Of a stretch of DNA of 64,000 nucleotides, positions 10,087 through 19,989 are shown in pieces. How positions within the stretch are numbered: position 1 is the stretch's first letter; each line of letters begins with the position of its first letter. The notes under the pieces were generated by a model that did no database searches, was not told where the DNA came from, and was given only the letters and a program-made list of their open reading frames with translations. Position numbers and translations under genes: made by a program. Where the stretch lies: contig CBDCOX010000002.1 in the NCBI GenBank assembly GCA_965219995.1, positions 4,000,001-4,064,000 on the forward strand, given 5' to 3'. This DNA is from Candidatus Latescibacterota bacterium (GTDB lineage: Bacteria; Latescibacterota; UBA2968; GCA-2709665).

Positions 10087-13000
10087 ATGGAAACGGATAA
10101 AGGGTCGGTCGGACTGAAAATCGATACCTTGAAGGAAATGCACCTGGAGACGGTGCTGGCGGCGGACGGCGATGCCAGCGCGAAGATCGTCATCGGGGAT
10201 ACTTCCGCGCACGAACGGCAGGCGGAGCGAATCGCGACAGGGATCGAGGCGGCCACGGGCGCCCGTCTGACCGTGGTCCGCGCCGGCGACGTGCCGGCTT
10301 CGAGAGGACGGCTCGATACGCACGTGGTTGCGCTGGGGAATATGTCCGACAACCCCTTCATCCGCTGGCTGTATTTCCAGTGGTGGGCCATCGAAGACCT
10401 CTGCTATCCCGGCGAGGGGGGTTATACGCTCCGGACGCTCCACAACCTTCTGGGAAACGGGAGGAATGTGGTCCTGCTGGGCGCCAGCGACGAGAACGGG
10501 CTGGACCTCGCGGCGTCCCGTTTTCTTTCCCGGGTCGGTGACGGCGGGACACTGCGTCTGGGGTGGCTGATGGACGTTGCGCCGGGCCCGGCATTCGATT
10601 CGCTCACCTGTCCGCCGGATGGGTGGCTCGACGAGCGGCGGGAGGACTATATCCGGCAGGTCAGCCAGCCGCATGCCTCTAAAGCCGGGGCGGGGCACGG
10701 TATGGTCACGGAGGCGGGAAGGCAGGGCTTCGCGTATCATCGGACGGGGTTCGAGGTCTTTGCGATGGCGCTCCGGGAGGCGGTGGATGCGCATCTGAAG
10801 ATGGGGGAACACGGGGTAATGGCCCATTTCAACGTGTGGTGGCTGGCGGTGATCTGGGACCTGATCGAGGAGAGTCCGGTATTTACGGACGCGGACCGCC
10901 TGCGGATCACGCGTTATCTGCTGTGGTTGATGGATTCGCACGAAGGCGCGTATAACCGGTTCTTCCGTGAGGGCGTGGGTCACCGGATGGTGCGCCAGAA
11001 CCACCAGACGCTGGTGGGCCTCTCGTCGTGGTTCGCGGGCAGGTACTTCGCCACGCACTACGGGATGCCCGAGGCACAGGAGTGGCAGGCGGCGTCGGCG
11101 GACCTGTTCAAGGGTCAGGCGGCGTCGTTCAAGCCGACCGAGGATGCGAACGCCTATCAGTGGACGACACTGGACCATCTCCTGACCTATACGCTGGCCA
11201 GCGGGGACGAGACGTACGTGGAAAACGGGAATTGCCGGCGGTCGCTGGACCAGGCCGTGTTGTACTGCAACAACCGGGGCGCCATGCCGCCATTCGGAGA
11301 CTCGGGGGGATGCCAGGTGCCGCCGCCCGCGAGTTTCCTGGTGAAGGCGGGGCACGTGCTGGGCGACGGACGCGCGGAGTTTCTGATTCGCACGCGGTCG
11401 GACCGGGTTTCGCTGATCCACGGATTCGAGAAATATTTCGGTGACGGCCTGGCCCCGAAAACGCCATCGGACATGGCCGGCGTGCGGGTGCTGGAGGTCG
11501 CGAAGGGGTATTACGATTTCGCCGCCGACCCGAAAGCGCGCCCGTCGGAGGTGAAGCCGCTGAATCTGCCGCGCCCTGAGGCGTTCGACACCCTGTGTTT
11601 CCGCGAGGGATTCGACCGTGACGATCAGTACCTGATGTTGCACGGGATTTCCTATGGAAACCACGGGCACGACGACGGAAACACCATCGTGGAGTTCTCG
11701 GCGAACGACCGTGTGTTCCTGGTGGATGCCTCATATACCGAGGGGCCCACCCTGAAACACCACAACGGATGCACGGCGGTGCGAAACGGAGAGCCGTGGG
11801 AGGTGCCCGCGCTGTGCCGGCTGGACGGCCTGGCGGACCTGGAACGCGTGGGAATCAGCCGGTCGTCCATGGAGGGAGAATGGGGCGCGAGTTGGACACG
11901 GAACGTGGTCTGGCGCAAGGGGCGTTTCTTCGTGATTATCGACGAAATCGAAGCAACGAAGGCCGGGACGTTCGCGCTTGAGTGCAACTGGCGCACGCTG
12001 GGGACGCCGTCGCTGGACGGGGACCGGCTGGAGGCCGTGCAACGGGACCCGGACAGCGGGCGGGAGGACCGGTTCCTGTTGGAAGGCGTTGGCAGCGACC
12101 GGGTGACGATGGAACGCGACTGGGAGGCCTTCGGGCACTGGTGGAAGGAATATCCGTATTCGGACGATTTCGTGAATATCCTGCGGCAGTCCGTCAGCCG
12201 CGAGATGGCGACGGGCGACCGGCATACGTTCATCAATCTGTTCTACGCGACAAACGACGCGAAACCGCTGGACGTCCGGATGCGGCGCGTCGGGGAGACC
12301 GCGGTCCTGATCGAGGGGTCGGAGGGACGGATGCTGGTTGGGACGGGAGGACCGGACGGCGCGTTTGCGATGGGGCCGATTTCGGGTGAAGCCGACGTCT
12401 ACGTGATTGGCGAGGGTTGGTTCGCCCTCTGCGGAGGACGGCGGTTGTTGCGCGGGAAAACGACGCTTTTCGAATGCGACCGCCCGGTGTCGGTTGAGGT
12501 CGATCTGGAGTCGGGCGCCGGCGTCTCGGACACAACCGGAAACGCTGGCGCGACGCTGTTCGGTCAGCGACGAACGCTTGCCGAAGGGAGACACCGTCTC
12601 GGCGTGCCAACCGAGGACGCCGAGACCCCTCTCGATGGGATATGGGACGTTCCCGAGTGGGAATCCGGCGCCGGGAGACGGTTGGGCCGTGTTTCAGACG
12701 CGGGATTGCGCAGCATCTGGTCGCACGACTTCGGGTCCGCTGTCCGATGCGTAGCGCGCCGCGGCAGCGGCTCGGTCGCGGGTACGCAGGACGGACGTGT
12801 GATCGCGTTGGGCGAGGACGGGGAGCCGTCCTGGACGTTTCGCGCAGGGGACGCGGTGCTGTCGGTGTGTGCCGCGGGGCCGCCGGGCGACGTTGACGCT
12901 CCGGTGGCGGTTGGAGCGAACGACCGGCGCCTCACCTTCCTCGAGGGCGACGGGGTGGAGCGATGGTCCCACAGGTTCGAGATCTTCCGCGGCGGATGGG

Positions 13001-13791
13001 CCTGGTATACCCGGAATTCCTCCGTCGAAGTGGTCAAGGCCGCCGACCTCCGCGGCACAGGACGGCCGGACGTCCTCGCCGCGGTCACGGACCGGCAACT
13101 CCATTGTTTCGACGCGGACGGCAACAAGCGATGGAATTTCTTCATCTACGGAATTTTCGATCCATTCTGCATTGCGGACGTGAACGGGGACGGCCTGCCC
13201 GAGGTGGTCGGCGGGCCGGGCAGGATTTCCTGCGGGGGGACCTGCTACGTGCTGGATGCGGACGGTAGGGAGATGGCCAGCAACGGGCTGGACGGGTGGC
13301 CGTCCATGCTGCCGGGGTGCGACGTGTATCTTTACGGGAACGGCGACAATCTGATCGCGTGCGGAACGACCCGGTCGAAAGTCCACGCGCTGAGACTGGA
13401 CGGCGAGTCGCTGACGCGCCTCTGGACGCGGGAAGTGGGCGAAGAAGTGCACGCGGTCGCGGCCGTCGACCTGGACGGCGACGGGAAGCCCGAGGTGGCG
13501 GCCGGTTCGGACTGTTTCTACCTCTATCTGTTCGATGAAGACGGCACAGAGCGATGGCGGGCCAATCTGCAGGCTCCCGTACGGCGGTTGTTCGCCGCCG
13601 ACGTCAACCGGGATGGTGCTCCGGAGATCGTCGCGGGATGTGAGGACGGAAGCGTGTGGGTCCTGGACGGGGACGGAAGCACTCTGGCCGTCCATCGCAC
13701 GGAGGCGAAGATCCACGCCCTGACGCCCCACGCCGAAGGCCGCCTTCTGCTGGGAACTTCAGACGGGACCCTGTCGCTGCTGGGGCTGTGA
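10087..13791 (+). CDS. Large multidomain heparinase II/III-like + FG-GAP beta-propeller protein, paralogue 2
   Basis: Start moved to ATG 10087 (GGAGGAAG RBS, avoids overlap with the upstream gene); RQNHQT, KPTEDANAYQW, GNHGHDDGN motifs; DVNGDG/DLDGDG repeats. Confidence 0.8.
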   Translation: METDKGSVGLKIDTLKEMHLETVLAADGDASAKIVIGDTSAHERQAERIATGIEAATGARLTVVRAGDVPASRGRLDTHVVALGNMSDNPFIRWLYFQWWAIEDLCYPGEGGYTLRTLHNLLGNGRNVVLLGASDENGLDLAASRFLSRVGDGGTLRLGWLMDVAPGPAFDSLTCPPDGWLDERREDYIRQVSQPHASKAGAGHGMVTEAGRQGFAYHRTGFEVFAMALREAVDAHLKMGEHGVMAHFNVWWLAVIWDLIEESPVFTDADRLRITRYLLWLMDSHEGAYNRFFREGVGHRMVRQNHQTLVGLSSWFAGRYFATHYGMPEAQEWQAASADLFKGQAASFKPTEDANAYQWTTLDHLLTYTLASGDETYVENGNCRRSLDQAVLYCNNRGAMPPFGDSGGCQVPPPASFLVKAGHVLGDGRAEFLIRTRSDRVSLIHGFEKYFGDGLAPKTPSDMAGVRVLEVAKGYYDFAADPKARPSEVKPLNLPRPEAFDTLCFREGFDRDDQYLMLHGISYGNHGHDDGNTIVEFSANDRVFLVDASYTEGPTLKHHNGCTAVRNGEPWEVPALCRLDGLADLERVGISRSSMEGEWGASWTRNVVWRKGRFFVIIDEIEATKAGTFALECNWRTLGTPSLDGDRLEAVQRDPDSGREDRFLLEGVGSDRVTMERDWEAFGHWWKEYPYSDDFVNILRQSVSREMATGDRHTFINLFYATNDAKPLDVRMRRVGETAVLIEGSEGRMLVGTGGPDGAFAMGPISGEADVYVIGEGWFALCGGRRLLRGKTTLFECDRPVSVEVDLESGAGVSDTTGNAGATLFGQRRTLAEGRHRLGVPTEDAETPLDGIWDVPEWESGAGRRLGRVSDAGLRSIWSHDFGSAVRCVARRGSGSVAGTQDGRVIALGEDGEPSWTFRAGDAVLSVCAAGPPGDVDAPVAVGANDRRLTFLEGDGVERWSHRFEIFRGGWAWYTRNSSVEVVKAADLRGTGRPDVLAAVTDRQLHCFDADGNKRWNFFIYGIFDPFCIADVNGDGLPEVVGGPGRISCGGTCYVLDADGREMASNGLDGWPSMLPGCDVYLYGNGDNLIACGTTRSKVHALRLDGESLTRLWTREVGEEVHAVAAVDLDGDGKPEVAAGSDCFYLYLFDEDGTERWRANLQAPVRRLFAADVNRDGAPEIVAGCEDGSVWVLDGDGSTLAVHRTEAKIHALTPHAEGRLLLGTSDGTLSLLGL

Positions 13792-14109
13792 TTGCGCCAG
13801 TGTCACCTGCAGGAGTTCAATCTGGGTGGTGTCAAAGCGCGATTGTTCACTTTGGTTGTTTCAACATTCATAACGCAACGCCTCGATTACGGCTGAAATC
13901 CGGGTCGGAACCCCAACGCTGTCGTTCACTTTGAGCAGGTCGCTGACGAAGTTCGGGGCGCGGAACACACTCTTGGTCCGTTTTTTCTCACGGTTTCGAA
14001 GACGGAAAGCGCGCGTTCGTTTGTGATGGTTCCGAAACGACGCGTGGAATTAAGAAAATCCAGCGGATTTCGGTCCTTGAGGCTCCGTTAAATGCGGTCG
14101 ATATCGTAT

Positions 14110-15261
14110 CTAATGCAAGTGACGAAGTCGAATATCGCGGAAGGCTGTTTTACATTGCCACACGTTTAGCGCAATCGGACCCGACTGGTAGCTGAATTCC
14201 GTCAACTGGTTGACCAGCCTGCCGTCAATATATGAGGTTAGGGATGCGTCCCTCGCGGCGATTTGGACGTCGTACTCCTGTCCCCGTTCGATGGGAAAAT
14301 TAACCACGCTCAGTTTTTTGAGTCCTTCGGGAGCGACTTTGCTAATCGCGATGGCCTGCCATCCCAAGAGGAAGTCGAGGACATACCAGTTCCGCTCGTC
14401 TTCGGACATTCGAAAGAATACCTGAGCGTTGCCGCCTGAAATGGGCGTAATGAGGAGAGACAGTTCGTAATTCTTCCAGGACGAGTCCCCAATGATCAAC
14501 GGAAAACCCTCGTCGCTGGAGGGATCAGCTTCGCCCACGATTCCGTCGCCGGTGCGGGTCCAGACGTGATCACTGGTCGCTTTACTCTGCTTCCGTGCGG
14601 GTCGCCACTCTGCCAATCCATCGCTCTCGATCAATTTCTGCCAGTGGATGACCCCTCTCATTCCGGCAACAACCTGCCGTCCGTAATCTTCCTGTCTATC
14701 TCGTTTGTCGAGCGTATCATGTTCCATGCTTGAAAGCCTCCTTTTCAGTCTTTGGCGCGATCTGTGTAACCGGCTCTTGACCGTTCCCACTGGTATGCCC
14801 ACGGTGTTGGCAATTTGATCTTGAGGTAATCCGACAAGATAATATAGCGTCGTAACGGTGCGGTCCGCCGCAGGAAGCGACTTGATGGCATCTCTTAGGG
14901 CCGACGTACGGTCTGGATGTATCCCTTTCTCAGTATGAGCAAGTTGTGAGTATTCCCGCATTCTGGATAGTCCCCGCGCTTCAAGGGTTCGCTTTCTGAC
15001 CCACTTGCGGGCTACGTTACGCGCAATCGAATGAAGCCAGGACGGGAATTTTCCGGAATCATCAAGTTGGTCCAAATTCCGAAACGCGAGAATGAACGTC
15101 TCTTGCGCGGCATCAGCGGTGTCATCGGAATCTTGAAGCAGGCCGCAAATCGTACCGAACACTAATGACCGGTACCGGTTCACCAAGTCGGTAATTGCAG
15201 TTTCAACTCCGCGGCGGGCTTGAAAAACCAAAGTGTTGTCGCATGGCGACGGCGCATCCAT
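14110..15261 (-). CDS. ECF sigma-70 factor with C-terminal DUF1080-like (3-keto-disaccharide hydrolase fold) domain
   Basis: DAAQETFILAF, FPSWLHSIARN, IPVGTVKSRLHRSR; C-terminal WKNYELSL...SGPIALNVWQCKTAFRDIRL resembles DUF1080; start at ATG 15261 with GAGG RBS. Confidence 0.85.
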   Translation of the reverse strand: MDAPSPCDNTLVFQARRGVETAITDLVNRYRSLVFGTICGLLQDSDDTADAAQETFILAFRNLDQLDDSGKFPSWLHSIARNVARKWVRKRTLEARGLSRMREYSQLAHTEKGIHPDRTSALRDAIKSLPAADRTVTTLYYLVGLPQDQIANTVGIPVGTVKSRLHRSRQRLKRRLSSMEHDTLDKRDRQEDYGRQVVAGMRGVIHWQKLIESDGLAEWRPARKQSKATSDHVWTRTGDGIVGEADPSSDEGFPLIIGDSSWKNYELSLLITPISGGNAQVFFRMSEDERNWYVLDFLLGWQAIAISKVAPEGLKKLSVVNFPIERGQEYDVQIAARDASLTSYIDGRLVNQLTEFSYQSGPIALNVWQCKTAFRDIRLRHLH

Positions 15262-15294
15262 CGAAATGCCTCGATTTGTGGTTTCACCGTTTAG

Positions 15295-16847
15295 CCTCAA
15301 TGTGAAATAAATCAGGCGGCATTCTGTAGTGCGTTGCAGATTTTGCGGTATTGTTTTTCGGTGTGCTTGTTGCGTTGGAGACGCAGGGTAAGCCGCCCTT
15401 CGGGTCGGATAAGGTGTCCGGCGCGGTTGATGATCTCGAACCGGAGGGTGCGTATGGATTTGAGGGGCCATCGGTTGGTATTTTTCAAGGTGCGATTGCG
15501 TTTTGTCAGTCCGGTTTCAATTTGGAAGTTGACCAGGAGGTTGTGCGCGAGAATGACGAACTGTTGCCAGGCACTATTGGCGTCGTAATTGTGTGTGGGG
15601 ATGGTATCGAAGCTGAGACCGGTCTTGAGTTCGCCGATGGCTTTCTCGTGGATGCCACGTCCTGCCATGAAGCGCCAGAGCGCGCGCAACTTGAAGGGTA
15701 GATTGGTGGCCACCGCGGAGTATTCGAAGGTGCCGTCATCGGGATCGAACAGGTCCAACTGGTAGTTCTTGCGGGTTTTATGGAAGACGCGTTTTCGAAA
15801 GATGGCGATGTTGAGGGTGCGTTCCCATTTTTTGACCGTCAGCGTTGACGGAAAGCCGTCGACGCCTTTCTCGATGCGCTGCCAGTTGCTGCATTGACGG
15901 ATTTTGTGCTGTAAGTCCAGGCCTTTCCAGAAGGGCACCTTGATGGCATACGAGGCCTTGTTCTTGATAAGCGTGTTCACCACATCCTCTTTGAAAAAGT
16001 CGCCATCCATGCGGAATCGCAGGGTGTAGGCGTGCCCCAAGCTTTCTTTGATCTGAGAGAACACATCTTTTAGAAACCCGATGGAGGCGCTGCCATCGTT
16101 GATGTTGCCGGGCCGGTTGTGCGCGCGGAGAAAATGACCGCTGTCGGCCAGGTAGGCGGTAATCGGATAGTAACTGGGGACTTTGCGATGATGCGGATTA
16201 TACCCGCGGTGGGCGCCGCCGACGCGTTTGCCCGTGCACAAGACGGTGCCGTCCACGTCGATCGTCAATTTTCGTGCGCGCAACAACTTGATCTTATGAG
16301 CAACCACGGCGGCGTTGAGGGCTTTCAGGGCGTCGAGACCCTTGTCGGTAAACCGTCTCAGAAACAGGCTCATACTGCGGGGGGTCGGTAAATCCTTCAG
16401 ACCGCAAAACCGCTGCAGCAGGGGATCTCCTTTCAAGAAATCCAGATGCCGCAACCGACGGCCGCCTATCCACAGCAAACCCAACAGAACACGGGAAAGG
16501 CTCACCACACCGAAGTCGCCGCCAAAGCACGCACTGCCCAGGTGACGGCGCAATTGCCTGTTCCAATCGATGGTTCGCAAATAGCGCATCAACAACTCCA
16601 AACCCGCATACGAGGTGAGGCCTTCACCCGTGAATTCCATCTTCAAATCGTCGTTGACACGCGCGTGCAAATCGGCTTTCTTTCGTCTCACTGTACGTGG
16701 CCTTTCGTTTTGGGTGAATTGGGGGTTTCGTCGCTTCCCAATATACCAAAATGGAAGGCCTTTTCCTATTGAAAAATAGAGACTTATCACCATATTTGCT
16801 TCGTCTTCAATACACCGAAATTCATCAACATTATTTTCACATTGAGG
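15295..16847 (-). mobile_element. IS1380-family insertion sequence, complete (1553 bp)
   Basis: Perfect 13-bp terminal IRs CCTCAATGTGAAA (15295-15307) and TTTCACATTGAGG (16835-16847), flanked by a TTAG direct repeat (15291-15294, 16848-16851). Confidence 0.93.
15312..16691 (-). CDS. IS1380-family DDE transposase
   Basis: LTSYAGL, TIDVDGT, GYNPHHRKVPSYYPI, RPGN, RMDGDF, RGIHEKAIGELK, ANSAW...AHNL; likely GTG start at 16691. Confidence 0.92.
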   Translation of the reverse strand: MRRKKADLHARVNDDLKMEFTGEGLTSYAGLELLMRYLRTIDWNRQLRRHLGSACFGGDFGVVSLSRVLLGLLWIGGRRLRHLDFLKGDPLLQRFCGLKDLPTPRSMSLFLRRFTDKGLDALKALNAAVVAHKIKLLRARKLTIDVDGTVLCTGKRVGGAHRGYNPHHRKVPSYYPITAYLADSGHFLRAHNRPGNINDGSASIGFLKDVFSQIKESLGHAYTLRFRMDGDFFKEDVVNTLIKNKASYAIKVPFWKGLDLQHKIRQCSNWQRIEKGVDGFPSTLTVKKWERTLNIAIFRKRVFHKTRKNYQLDLFDPDDGTFEYSAVATNLPFKLRALWRFMAGRGIHEKAIGELKTGLSFDTIPTHNYDANSAWQQFVILAHNLLVNFQIETGLTKRNRTLKNTNRWPLKSIRTLRFEIINRAGHLIRPEGRLTLRLQRNKHTEKQYRKICNALQNAA

Positions 16848-16875
16848 TTAGATCCCATTCTTGGTACAAGGTTCA
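16848..16875 (-). promoter_or_regulatory. Putative ECF-type promoter (TGAACC-N16-ATCTAA), originally upstream of the ECF gene
   Basis: Minus strand reads TGAACC TTGTACCAAGAATGGG ATCTAA; the final CTAA is the IS target duplication. Confidence 0.5.
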
Positions 16876-16999
16876 CGGTTTTTCGCAGCACACATGCGGA
16901 ACAGACGAATAAGCTGCATCGAGTTCGCTGTAGCGCATCATTGTCCACAGACTCTCGCCAGACCTATTCGGGTCAATCGCCCGGAAAATTCAATAGGCG

Positions 17000-18835
17000 C
17001 TATTTGTCACTTTCCTCAGATTTCAACCAGGATGCGGCGCTCGTCGTGATTACGTCCATCGCTCTATCCAGGGCCACGTCCCGGCCGTTGTAGATATCCT
17101 CCCTGGTGGGACGAACCTCTACGTCCGGAATAACGCCGATTCCGACAAATTCCCTCCCGTCCGGATAGGTATCACGTTTGGTACAGATCCTGGCCGTGCC
17201 GCCCGGGAGCGAGACAAGAAGCGGTTGACCCGTGGTACCTGCCGTTTTCTCGCCGACCAGCGTGGCCCGCTTATTGTGATGTAGAGTGATCAGGAAGTCT
17301 TCCGCCGCACTGACCGTGCCCGGTCCGATCAATACGACGAGCGGACCGAGAAAGGGATTCGGCGTTCCGGGCTGGACGGGTTCGTGTGTCCCTTCGTACC
17401 ACTTCTCTCCATAATCCCAGGCTCGAAATGAAGGCATGTATTGCCGTGTCTTCCACCGGGCTCCGGTCAGGGTTCTGTCGGTCAGATAGCCGATGATGGC
17501 CGACCCGTTGCGTGTATCGCCTCCCCCGTTATCCCTCACGTCAATGATGAGTCCCTTCGCTTTTTTTACTTTACGAAAGACGTCGTCGAACTGTTCAACA
17601 ACATCCCCGGAAGCAAACGTGCGGATTGCCAGGTACGCGATCCCCTGGGAAATTTCTCTAAATTCGAAGTTGGGAAGCTGGGTCCACGGTCTATCTTCCC
17701 ATTTTGAACGTCGGATCAACGTCAGGTTCCGCGTGGCGCCATCGGATCCCCTGATGCGAATATTGACAGAACTGTTTCGAAGTCCCTCAAGGATTTTTCC
17801 ATAGGCCTCCAGGTCCCGCCCCTGAGGTGTAGATGAGGAAATGTAGGGATAGATTTCTTGTTCCAATTTCTTCTGCGCAGTGAGGCCATCAACGTGGGTA
17901 ATCTCGTCGCCCCGTTTCAATTCCGATGTGCCAATCTCGCTGGATGTGCCAATGTCTACGATAACCGCCTTTCCATCGACTGGACGAATGAGCAATGGCG
18001 GACCGCCCGTCGCTGAGGTTGGGACTCGCGGCCAAACTCCTGTATGACCATCATTGAGTCGGGCGATGCAGCGCTGCAACAATCGATAGTACTGACCATA
18101 TGATTGCTCTTCCATCACTCTTGAAAGGTATTCTTCGAGTACCGTGTCCCAGTTGAGATCCGGGACCTGATCGAAGAACGCGAAGTTGTATTTCACTTCA
18201 CTCCATAGGCGGACAAACCCCGTCACGCGTTCGTTGGCCGTGAGTTTCGGGATGGGCATGTGTTCCGTAGCGGTCAACACATTCCAGTTTCCCCTCTGCT
18301 GGTTAGCTATTCCGCCGATCTTCAGGTATTCTTCGTAAGCGCGCCGGTTCTCGGCGGGATCGGTCTGGACGCGGAAGCGCATCGCAATCTTGCCGTCCTT
18401 GAGGTCATATCTGGCGACCGCCAGGCAGGGCGTGTAACGGAATTGGCGAAGGAAGCCCCTGGCTCTGGGAAAAAAAGAACCCCCGCCACCAATTTTCCCT
18501 TGATCAGACACAAAACGCAAGTCCACAAAGTCACCTGATATGCCCAGGGAATCATTATCGGAGATCCAGCCTATGTAGATTTCCCGCAAACCGTAGGGAT
18601 TATTACCGCACCTTAGTCGAGCTGCCTCGTTTTCTCCCAAGGCAATTTCGATCCGCTCGCCCAGCTCGTATTGACGATCGACGACCGCAATGCGCCTTAA
18701 GTGATCGGCAAGCTTCCGGGAGGTTAGCCTGCCTAGTATTCGGCCTGCCTTTGCGCCTCCATCAGCGTGAGCCTCTACTTGCACTGGATGCGCGAAGATT
18801 ACGACGATTAGCAAAGCTGCACGAAACAGGTTCAT
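17000..18835 (-). CDS. Secreted S41-family peptidase
   Basis: Signal peptide; LNDGHT, IIDVRDNGGG, TVSAAEDF (catalytic Ser), GEKTAG, GIGVIPDVEV. Confidence 0.9.
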   Translation of the reverse strand: MNLFRAALLIVVIFAHPVQVEAHADGGAKAGRILGRLTSRKLADHLRRIAVVDRQYELGERIEIALGENEAARLRCGNNPYGLREIYIGWISDNDSLGISGDFVDLRFVSDQGKIGGGGSFFPRARGFLRQFRYTPCLAVARYDLKDGKIAMRFRVQTDPAENRRAYEEYLKIGGIANQQRGNWNVLTATEHMPIPKLTANERVTGFVRLWSEVKYNFAFFDQVPDLNWDTVLEEYLSRVMEEQSYGQYYRLLQRCIARLNDGHTGVWPRVPTSATGGPPLLIRPVDGKAVIVDIGTSSEIGTSELKRGDEITHVDGLTAQKKLEQEIYPYISSSTPQGRDLEAYGKILEGLRNSSVNIRIRGSDGATRNLTLIRRSKWEDRPWTQLPNFEFREISQGIAYLAIRTFASGDVVEQFDDVFRKVKKAKGLIIDVRDNGGGDTRNGSAIIGYLTDRTLTGARWKTRQYMPSFRAWDYGEKWYEGTHEPVQPGTPNPFLGPLVVLIGPGTVSAAEDFLITLHHNKRATLVGEKTAGTTGQPLLVSLPGGTARICTKRDTYPDGREFVGIGVIPDVEVRPTREDIYNGRDVALDRAMDVITTSAASWLKSEESDK

Positions 18836-19785
18836 CTCAAACCTCCTTTGCCAGGCTGGAAGATGGCATCCCTGACGTGGACGAGATCGTCAGAGTCGGG
18901 TTCGTATAGCAATTCTTGCGTCATTAGATGCGACGGTGCATGCTCGGCTACATATCCCCTGCATGGCGTTGTGTAGACGATCCCTTCGACTGAATCTATG
19001 AGTGTCTCGGCTTCTGTGTTGTCCATAAGCGCCACCGGGACGTCGCCCTTTACGTCCACATGTTCCCGGACCAGTGTCCGGTATCCCGGTTCGGACTCAG
19101 CATCCCGCAGGATCAGCCCGATCTTTAAGCCGTTCAGCCTGCGTACGCCTTCAAAAAATGACCTGGAGAGTTCGACGCTAACGCCTTGAATGCCTTTGGC
19201 TCGCTGTTTCAGTCGCTGCTGAACTTCCGCGAGGTGCCAGTGAGTGGTCAGCACATAGTGCGTAGAGGATGGGAGCGAATCCATATTCTCCTGTAGTCGA
19301 TTCAAGTCTATTCCAACAACGTGGCGGCCCCATGCCTCACGGGTTGCAGCCGCAAAGTCGTCCGCCTGGTATTGACTGCATTCGATGAAGGCACACTTGG
19401 CGTAGCGTCGGTCGTGATCCACGGCAGCCTTTTCAAATGCAGAAACAAACTGAACGCCATCGAATCCCCTGGCCTCTGCTTCTTTCACCATCCGGAGGGC
19501 GAGCGCGTCAGCCTGCGACGCGGATACTCGTCCATGAGATTGAAGGGTGCCAGCGGCAACCACGGCCTTCTTACCCTGCCGGATCGTCAGTGTTCCTTCG
19601 CTCTCCAGTTCCAGATAAGCTCGGCGAATGGTATTGCGGTTCACGCCGAGCTCCGCTTCCAATACCCGAATGGAAGGCAGAGGATCTCCGGGGCGAAGCT
19701 CTCCCACAGAGATGGCATACAAGATCTGGTCTTTAATCTGAAGGTAGATGGATGTTCTGGAATCCTGATCTACTGAAAAACGCAT
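18832..19785 (-). CDS. GntR-family (YtrA-like HTH) transcriptional regulator with C-terminal extension
   Basis: IYLQIKDQI...LRPGDPLPSIRVLEAELGVNRNTIRRAYLELESEG; GGAGG RBS before ATG 19785; 4-bp overlap with the S41 gene. Confidence 0.9.
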   Translation of the reverse strand: MRFSVDQDSRTSIYLQIKDQILYAISVGELRPGDPLPSIRVLEAELGVNRNTIRRAYLELESEGTLTIRQGKKAVVAAGTLQSHGRVSASQADALALRMVKEAEARGFDGVQFVSAFEKAAVDHDRRYAKCAFIECSQYQADDFAAATREAWGRHVVGIDLNRLQENMDSLPSSTHYVLTTHWHLAEVQQRLKQRAKGIQGVSVELSRSFFEGVRRLNGLKIGLILRDAESEPGYRTLVREHVDVKGDVPVALMDNTEAETLIDSVEGIVYTTPCRGYVAEHAPSHLMTQELLYEPDSDDLVHVRDAIFQPGKGGLR

Positions 19786-19808
19786 AATTCCTCCTGGATC
19801 AACTGTTA

Positions 19809-19851
19809 TACTGTTATATTTAAACATAACAGTAGATATTCTTTTTGTCAA
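19809..19851 (-). promoter_or_regulatory. Sigma70 promoter TTGACA-N17-TATGTT (extended TG) overlapped by a 9-bp inverted-repeat operator
   Basis: TTGACA at 19851-19846 and TATGTT at 19828-19823; IR TACTGTTAT-N8-ATAACAGTA at 19809-19834. Confidence 0.7.
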
Positions 19852-19989
19852 TGTTATTTTTCGCCATCGTGTTATTTTATGTATGTACCACGTATGTCCC
19901 GGCTACAACGAGCTTTGGTTTGCGTAACTGGACAAACGGTCCTGCAGTACGTAAATTTAATTTTACCTGAGCCTTCTCTGGAGACCCCT

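Noticed and set aside
13792-14109. Convergent intergenic region as possible ncRNA or att site
   Set aside because: No clear structure, tRNA fragment or repeat matching the other island edge.
15262-15471. N-terminal extension of the ECF ORF given in the ORF track
   Set aside because: Mostly lies inside the IS; an RBS-supported ATG is at 15261.
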